Assembly (NCBI GenBank): GCA_050124975.1
Contig: JASFEF010000003.1
Span: 1-62,358, forward strand
DNA length: 62,358 nucleotides
DNA from: Candidatus Thorarchaeota archaeon
Lineage (GTDB): Archaea; Asgardarchaeota; Thorarchaeia; Thorarchaeales; Thorarchaeaceae
Direction of reading: 5' to 3'
Each line of letters begins with the position of its first letter. The first letter of the stretch is position 1. Below the pieces are notes generated by a model. It was not told where the DNA came from. It saw nothing but the letters and a program-made list of their open reading frames with translations, and did not search any database. Both the position numbers and the translations under genes were made by a program. Shown here in pieces: positions 57,597-62,358 of the stretch.

Positions 57597-59321
57597 CTAT
57601 TCCTCACCTGGAAGCTGGCAACCCTCAAGCCATACTGAGGCGACAGAGTCAAAATCTGGTGGGACTAGGTTAATGTCTGGATCAATGACGATGTCAAGCA
57701 CAGAGGGTAAACCAGAATCCTTGGCCTTTTGAAGTGCAGGGGCGATGTCTTCAGGTTTTTCCACTCTAAGACCAAAACAACCCATAGCTTCAGCAATCTT
57801 GTCATATCTGACATCAACAAAATCTACTCCAACATACCTCTCCTCGTAGAGACCCTTCTGTCCAGCCTTTATCATTCCGTAAGCCCTATCATTTGCAATA
57901 GCTATGATGAATTGGGTGCCCAATCGTTTAGCAGTTTCAAGTTCTTGCGCATTGAACATGAAAGCCCCATCTCCCGATATCACATAGACATCTTTGTCTG
58001 GATGGGCTAGCTTTGACCCAATTGCATACCCTGTTCCAACACCAAGATGACCGGAGTCAGATGGCCAAAGGAACGTTCTCGGTTCATATATTCTGTTCAA
58101 GTAAATCGCCCAGACTGCTATGTTTCCCCCATCCACAATGGAAATTGCATCCCGAGCGTAGAAGTTACGGACCTCTTGAATCATCCTTAGGGGATGAATT
58201 GGGATCTTGTCCGACTTACCTTGCTCGATGAAATCTACGAGCCAGTTATCTTGGGCTTCTCGGCAGTCAGCCATCGACGGACGGGGCTTCGCCTTTGGCT
58301 TGCTCTTGATATGTTTGAGAAGCTCGGATAGAGTGCTTTTAGCATCTCCAACAATTGCCAAGTCCACAACACGGTTGTGTGCAATCATCTCGGGTGCAAT
58401 ATCAATCTGTATCAATCTTTGATCTGCACAGTCCGCCCAGCCTGGTGCTCGTCCCCAGAAATCGAGGTCTCCAAGACGTCCTCCCACGAGTAAGACAAGG
58501 TCTGACTGACATTGTGCACCGATTGCCCCAAAACTAGCAGGTACAAGTGAGAGTGGATGGTCTTCGGGAATCGCACCTCTTGCAGCAACAGATGTTGTGA
58601 CAGGAGCCTGCAGGTGTTCTGCTATAGCAACGAGTTCTTCAGACGCGTTTGACGCGAGAATACCACTACCTGCATGTAAAAGCGGAAACTCTGCTTTCAA
58701 CAACATCTTGGCAGCCTCAGATATGAGAGTAGGGTCTCCCACTGGTGGTTTGGTCATCCTGTACCTATCAGTAGGCACAATTCCATCTTCCAGTGTATCC
58801 TCCTTACATTTCAAGTAAAGGACGTCTGAAGGGATATCCAAGAAGATTGGTCCTGGTCTTCCTGAAGTTGCCTCCCTGAAAGCCCAATGAACAAGATGTG
58901 GAATTCGTTGCCAATGTGAAACAGTTGCACCCCATTTGGTGATAGGCTTAAACAGACTGAGTTGATCTAGCCCTTGTGTGCTTCCATGGTCTGGGTTTAT
59001 CCGCCAGGACTGATTCTGGGCACAGAGTACAATCATTGGAATACTGTCTGCAAAAGCCGGATACACTCCTGGTACCAAATCAGCTGCACCCGGACCTACT
59101 GTTCCTAGGCAAACACCCGGTTCACCTGTGGTTCGAGCCCATGCGTCTGCAGCGTGTGCTGCCGCTTGTTCATGTCGAAAAGTGATAAAATCGATTCCAT
59201 CGGAGGTATAAACAGAGTCAAGTAAGGGATAAAGTTGGTCTCCAGGGACTCCAAAAACATACCTGACTTTTTCTTGTAAGAGGCACTTTGTCAGAACCTC
59301 ACCGCCAGTCATCATAGTCAT
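57597..59321 (-). CDS. Thiamine-diphosphate-dependent enzyme (acetolactate synthase large subunit / sulfoacetaldehyde acetyltransferase-like)
   Basis: N-terminal Pyr domain (YVFGVPGDQL) and the ThDP-binding motif GDGAFMFNAQELETA...IAIANDRAYG. Confidence 0.9.
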   Translation of the reverse strand: MTMMTGGEVLTKCLLQEKVRYVFGVPGDQLYPLLDSVYTSDGIDFITFRHEQAAAHAADAWARTTGEPGVCLGTVGPGAADLVPGVYPAFADSIPMIVLCAQNQSWRINPDHGSTQGLDQLSLFKPITKWGATVSHWQRIPHLVHWAFREATSGRPGPIFLDIPSDVLYLKCKEDTLEDGIVPTDRYRMTKPPVGDPTLISEAAKMLLKAEFPLLHAGSGILASNASEELVAIAEHLQAPVTTSVAARGAIPEDHPLSLVPASFGAIGAQCQSDLVLLVGGRLGDLDFWGRAPGWADCADQRLIQIDIAPEMIAHNRVVDLAIVGDAKSTLSELLKHIKSKPKAKPRPSMADCREAQDNWLVDFIEQGKSDKIPIHPLRMIQEVRNFYARDAISIVDGGNIAVWAIYLNRIYEPRTFLWPSDSGHLGVGTGYAIGSKLAHPDKDVYVISGDGAFMFNAQELETAKRLGTQFIIAIANDRAYGMIKAGQKGLYEERYVGVDFVDVRYDKIAEAMGCFGLRVEKPEDIAPALQKAKDSGLPSVLDIVIDPDINLVPPDFDSVASVWLEGCQLPGEE

Positions 59322-59419
59322 TTGTTTCTCTCCCTCGTTCTAATCCGAGATACCTCATACCCTATGATGCGGTGTGATTTATCAGTTATGACATAATAAG
59401 CGGATAAAACCTGGGTAAG

Positions 59420-59445
59420 TAGTGCTCCGATCGGGATTCGAACTC
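59420..59445 (-). repeat. Degenerate third copy of the tRNA-Glu 3' end
   Basis: TAGTGCTCCGATCGGGATTCGAACTC matches TGGTGCCCCGACCGGGATTCGAACCC (60245-60270) at 22 of 26 positions, in the same orientation. Confidence 0.55.
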
Positions 59446-59477
59446 TAACTCAAAATAATCAGAAAAGCATATCATAA

Positions 59478-59828
59478 ATGTCCCCATATCTTGTTCTTGA
59501 GGAGCCTGTAACAATGCAAGAGAGTCAAGTGATGTTTGGGTTGAGTGGACCAGGTATTCTTGGGATTGGTTATCTTATTGCTATACTGTTGATTGTAATT
59601 GGATACAAAGAGAAAGAGGATATCCACAAGAGAGTTAGATACATCCGTATGGGAGGTGTTCTATTTGGAATAATGATTATTGTAACCGGGCTTACTGTGT
59701 ACGGATACCTAGTAACAGTGATGTTTTTGGTTATGACTCTTCAAGATGTATTCATTCTGGCTTTGGTTTCATCCATTGGTGGCTTGATTATAGGAATCTC
59801 ATGCTATTATCCAATCAGTCAACAATAA
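59478..59828 (+). CDS. Small membrane protein (cassette ORF)
   Basis: 116 aa with three hydrophobic helices. Its stop lies 2 nt before the 31-nt tRNA-derived repeat. Confidence 0.45.
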   Translation: MSPYLVLEEPVTMQESQVMFGLSGPGILGIGYLIAILLIVIGYKEKEDIHKRVRYIRMGGVLFGIMIIVTGLTVYGYLVTVMFLVMTLQDVFILALVSSIGGLIIGISCYYPISQQ

Positions 59829-59830
59829 GA

Positions 59831-59861
59831 TGGTGCCCCGACCGGGATTCGAACCCGGGTC
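59831..59861 (-). repeat. Perfect 31-nt copy of the tRNA-Glu 3' end (att-like)
   Basis: TGGTGCCCCGACCGGGATTCGAACCCGGGTC is identical to 60245-60275. It covers CCA, the discriminator, the 3' acceptor strand, the T arm and 3 nt of the variable region. Confidence 0.9.
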
Positions 59862-60160
59862 TAGATTTTATTGCTTTTATGAAACTGAGACTTCTTCAAT
59901 CGGTTTAGAATGATTACAATCCTTGAACGGATGATGTAGTTTAGTGGGATAGTCAAGACCTTGTATGAACGTATTTGACTCGGTGTTTCAAATACTCTTA
60001 TACTGGCGGCGAGTGCGAATATTATAATCCCACCATATAGTAAGAGACCGAAGAACATTGCTACCCAGACCATACGAAGAGCGATTAATTGTGTATACAG
60101 AATAAATGCTGAAACTACAATAACGAAGATAGCCCCTATTTCATAATCCAGCCGACTCAT
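59861..60160 (-). CDS. Small membrane protein (cassette ORF)
   Basis: 99 aa with two or three hydrophobic helices and a basic tail. Its stop codon abuts the 31-nt repeat. Confidence 0.4.
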   Translation of the reverse strand: MSRLDYEIGAIFVIVVSAFILYTQLIALRMVWVAMFFGLLLYGGIIIFALAASIRVFETPSQIRSYKVLTIPLNYIIRSRIVIILNRLKKSQFHKSNKI

Positions 60161-60244
60161 TTAGTATCTCCAACTAGAGATGAAGTTGCATTAGATGATG
60201 TTTATGTTTTTCCAAAAAGCGTAAACTCTTGAATGAAAATAGAG

Positions 60245-60322
60245 TGGTGCCCCGACCGGGATTCGAACCCGGGTCATAGGGTCGAAAACCCTAGATGCTG
60301 GGCCTGGCTACACTATCGGGGC
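60245..60322 (-). tRNA. tRNA-Glu (anticodon UUC), CCA encoded
   Basis: Manual cloverleaf on the minus strand: acceptor GCCCCGA/TCGGGGC, D arm GTGT..GCAT, anticodon arm TAGGG-TTTTCGA-CCCTA (anticodon TTC), T arm CCGGG-TTCGAAT-CCCGG, discriminator A, CCA. Confidence 0.9.
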
Positions 60323-60350
60323 CTGTAGCATCGAGAACTTTGCCAAGCGG

Positions 60351-60358
60351 TTATTAAG
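60351..60358 (-). promoter_or_regulatory. TATA-like box upstream of tRNA-Glu
   Basis: The minus strand reads CTTAATAA, 29-36 nt upstream of the mature 5' end. Confidence 0.35.
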
Positions 60359-60381
60359 ATTGTGCAGAGGACGCGAATAAA

Positions 60382-60735
60382 CTAGGAAGCAGTTCGAATT
60401 AAGGTGTCCTTGGAGGACTCAGATGCTCGTATTTGATGCACATCACGTAGAACAGATTTGACACTCCTTCTTCCATATCTGAGGAAACCGCTTGAAACTG
60501 CCTGAAGCAGGAATGACCGCAGATCACTTGACTCTGGGACTCCTGAAATCTTGCAGGATCCAGCAACAAGTGTCGGTACAACTAAGATACCATATGCCTC
60601 AGCAATTCGGTATTGTCGCTCAACATCAACCTCGTAGATGTTCTGTTCAGTCCCTAGAGCCTCACTTTCTTCCTCTAGCATTGATTTGAGCACACCACAC
60701 CATGCGCATTGGTCTGAGGTGAATAGTAGAATCAT
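60382..60735 (-). CDS. Thioredoxin/glutaredoxin-fold protein
   Basis: MILLFTSDQCAWCGVLK (CxxC) ... VVPTLV (cis-Pro region). The internal ATG at 60735 is preferred over the ORF start at 60882. Confidence 0.7.
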   Translation of the reverse strand: MILLFTSDQCAWCGVLKSMLEEESEALGTEQNIYEVDVERQYRIAEAYGILVVPTLVAGSCKISGVPESSDLRSFLLQAVSSGFLRYGRRSVKSVLRDVHQIRASESSKDTLIRTAS

Positions 60736-60900
60736 GGAATCCGCACCTAGGAGTTGCCTCGTAGTTGCTCTGATAGAATATAAAGTCCGAAAAAGTACGA
60801 CACTAAAACAGTCCTTCAAAACAACTTCTTGACAGTCAGAATACTCTGAATCGTTCCCAAATCGTGTTGCCTTGACTGACAATCAGAAACCATTCGCAAC

Positions 60901-60908
60901 TTTAATAT
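60901..60908 (+). promoter_or_regulatory. TATA-like box upstream of tRNA(CAU)
   Basis: TTTAATAT lies 36-43 nt upstream of the mature 5' end at 60944. Confidence 0.35.
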
Positions 60909-60943
60909 CTCAAAGCAAATGCAAAGGCCTTGTTCCTGAATCA

Positions 60944-61050
60944 GGGCCCGTAGCTCAGCTTGGTAGAGCAGCAGGCTCATAACCTGTATGTCCGAAGACT
61001 TCCTTCGGCCAGGGGATCGGTCGTGCGTTCAAATCGCGCCGGGCCCACCA
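60944..61050 (+). tRNA. tRNA with anticodon CAU (elongator Met or Ile2), CCA encoded, with a ~30-nt intron-like insert in the variable region
   Basis: Acceptor GGGCCCG/CGGGCCC, D arm GCTC-AGCTTGGTA-GAGC, anticodon arm GCAGG-CTCATAA-CCTGT, T arm GTGCG-TTCAAAT-CGCGC, discriminator A, CCA. There are 35 nt between the anticodon stem and the T stem, where 5 are expected. Confidence 0.85.
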
Positions 61051-61114
61051 TTTTCTAGAATTAGATAGGACCATAAAAGCCTCTCATCCAACGGTATTTT
61101 GAGAGAGTTGGGAG

Positions 61115-61867
61115 GTGGATTCATACTACCAATCATATTTACCATTGAGCCGAGAGAAGCGGATTACAAGTCCTAGAAAGAAGAAAAAGCCAACTGGACT
61201 CCCCAAACATGCAATATGTAGACCTTTGCTTATCGTGCCATTACCCCCTCTCAAAAACCTTAGAGGTGGGCGTAATTCATCCAAACTTGTTTGGTATAGA
61301 TGTGATTTTTGTGGTGCATATTTTCATACAAAAACAAGTAGGATGAAGAAAAGCGAATATGGGTTCTGTAGTAAGAAGTGTCAAGCGAAATTTCATAGTG
61401 AACGACTTAAGGGTCATAGGATATCAAAGAAAACAAGACAGAAAATTTCTGACACTAAACGAGGAATAGAAAGGATAACTGAACCAAAAACTGATGATGG
61501 TTCTACATGGAGAGATTTCTCATCAAATCCAAAGAATCAGTTATGGTATAAAAAAGCGACAGAGTTAGCTACCTCTTATCGTGATACGGGGGAGTGGAAA
61601 CGAAAGTCAAAGGAGATTAAGAAACTAGATAATTACACCTGTCAAGGATGTGGAATTGAGAGGAGAGAAGTAGGTCAAATTGGAGTTCATCATGTGAAGA
61701 AACTTGCAGACTGGATCTATGAAGAAAACAACCCAAGTGAGTATCCAGATGAATTTCTTGTCACTCTATGTCATAGATGTCATACACATACTGAAGCTCA
61801 ACCCGATGAATACAAGTGGCCAATTTCTGCAACAGGAAATGAAACGATAGCGGGGTACCCTAGATAA
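61115..61867 (+). CDS. HNH endonuclease with a NUMOD3-like motif and an FCS-type zinc finger (homing-endonuclease-like)
   Basis: HNH core CQGCG...VHHV...N...LCHRCH. NUMOD3-like LKGHRISKKTRQKISDTKRG. CDFCG...FCSKKC zinc finger. GTG start within GGGAGGTG. Confidence 0.8.
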   Translation: MDSYYQSYLPLSREKRITSPRKKKKPTGLPKHAICRPLLIVPLPPLKNLRGGRNSSKLVWYRCDFCGAYFHTKTSRMKKSEYGFCSKKCQAKFHSERLKGHRISKKTRQKISDTKRGIERITEPKTDDGSTWRDFSSNPKNQLWYKKATELATSYRDTGEWKRKSKEIKKLDNYTCQGCGIERREVGQIGVHHVKKLADWIYEENNPSEYPDEFLVTLCHRCHTHTEAQPDEYKWPISATGNETIAGYPR

Positions 61868-61885
61868 ATCGCGCCGGGCCCACCA
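61866..61885 (+). repeat. 20-nt direct repeat of the tRNA(CAU) 3' end
   Basis: AAATCGCGCCGGGCCCACCA is identical to 61031-61050. It overlaps the stop codon of the HNH gene. Confidence 0.9.
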
Positions 61886-61889
61886 CTTC

Positions 61890-62348
61890 TTACTGACGAT
61901 GTTTCTCACGGATTCCTTCTATTTCTGCTTGAATTTGCTCATAATGTGCAACCAGTTCAGGTTTACCAGATTGAATAGCCTGAGATTTTGCCTGGTCGAG
62001 AAGTGCAAGGAGAGTAGATGCTTCTTTGACAATCTCTAGACCAAGCTTTTGCTGTTTCTTCGGTTTTTCGTTATACTTGGCGATTGTCTTCGCGAGGCTT
62101 TGTCTTTCTTTTGCAATTTTCTTATCCATATTCAAGTGTATCATCTTGTCCAGTGTATCAAGAGGATCTTCTTCAGCCTCAGTAACTGGAGTTGGTTTCT
62201 CCTGTTGAGCTGAGAGTCCAAGAACTCGCTTCAAATCATCTCGGAAGAAGCTGATTAGGAACCCTATGAAGATGACAACAACACCTGCAAGAAAGCCCTC
62301 TATGCTAGATAATAGGAAAGCGATGATACTTACAATGATGAGAATCAC
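61890..62348 (-). CDS. Hypothetical protein with an N-terminal TM helix and a coiled-coil tail (N-terminus may lie beyond the window)
   Basis: 152-aa ORF with a GTG start at 62348. The frame stays open to the window edge. Confidence 0.45.
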   Translation of the reverse strand: MILIIVSIIAFLLSSIEGFLAGVVVIFIGFLISFFRDDLKRVLGLSAQQEKPTPVTEAEEDPLDTLDKMIHLNMDKKIAKERQSLAKTIAKYNEKPKKQQKLGLEIVKEASTLLALLDQAKSQAIQSGKPELVAHYEQIQAEIEGIREKHRQ

Positions 62349-62358
62349 TATGAGTGCG

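Noticed and set aside
59831-59861. Split-tRNA 3' half gene
   Set aside because: The fragment starts in the variable region rather than at the anticodon loop. It has no leader complementary to any 5' half, and it is an exact copy of the intact tRNA-Glu 414 bp away. An att-like duplication is the simpler explanation.
60988-61022. Long variable arm (class II tRNA) as an explanation for the extra 30 nt in tRNA(CAU)
   Set aside because: Class II arms belong to Leu/Ser (and bacterial Tyr) tRNAs and are at most about 21 nt. A CAU anticodon with a 35-nt region fits an intron better.

Overview
This is a densely coding archaeal chromosomal segment. I estimate GC in the mid-40s % by eye; I did not compute it. 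The archaeal assignment rests on A-type ATPase subunits F/A/B, ribosomal proteins L10e, L35Ae and S8e, SRP54, deoxyhypusine synthase, TrmY, SMC-ScpA-ScpB, and tRNAs with encoded CCA, one carrying an intron-like insert.

Housekeeping and metabolic genes:
- pyrI, pyrC and nadC
- uppS
- hypE and hypA
- a TfrAB-like fumarate reductase next to class I fumarase
- an NFACT/Rqc2 homolog
- CBS-domain proteins
- an ABC transporter
- two radical SAM enzymes
- a ThDP-enzyme / Zn-ADH / SCP2 operon

Accessory or mobile content:
- A solo IS200/IS605-type tnpB with an intact RuvC triad, sitting directly upstream of an orphan pyrI.
- tRNA-Glu(UUC), followed by two further copies of its 3' end. These delimit two cassettes of about 384 bp.
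- An intron-bearing tRNA(CAU) whose last 20 nt are repeated 815 bp downstream. The repeats flank an HNH/NUMOD3 endonuclease gene.

The most interesting locus is 27.4-32.2 kb. It holds an MglA-type small GTPase and five Roadblock/LC7 (MglB-like) paralogs, one of them split by a frameshift. It also holds a double zinc-ribbon protein and a 538-aa protein with a zinc ribbon, a MIDAS-competent vWA domain and a beta-rich domain. That domain order recalls the Sec23/24 zinc-finger, trunk and beta-sandwich arrangement. The cluster lies immediately upstream of smc-scpA-scpB. It looks like an uncharacterised archaeal GTPase-switch module. An Asgard-like origin is possible but cannot be established from this window.

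All functional calls come from motif recognition by eye in the supplied translations. No database search was run.
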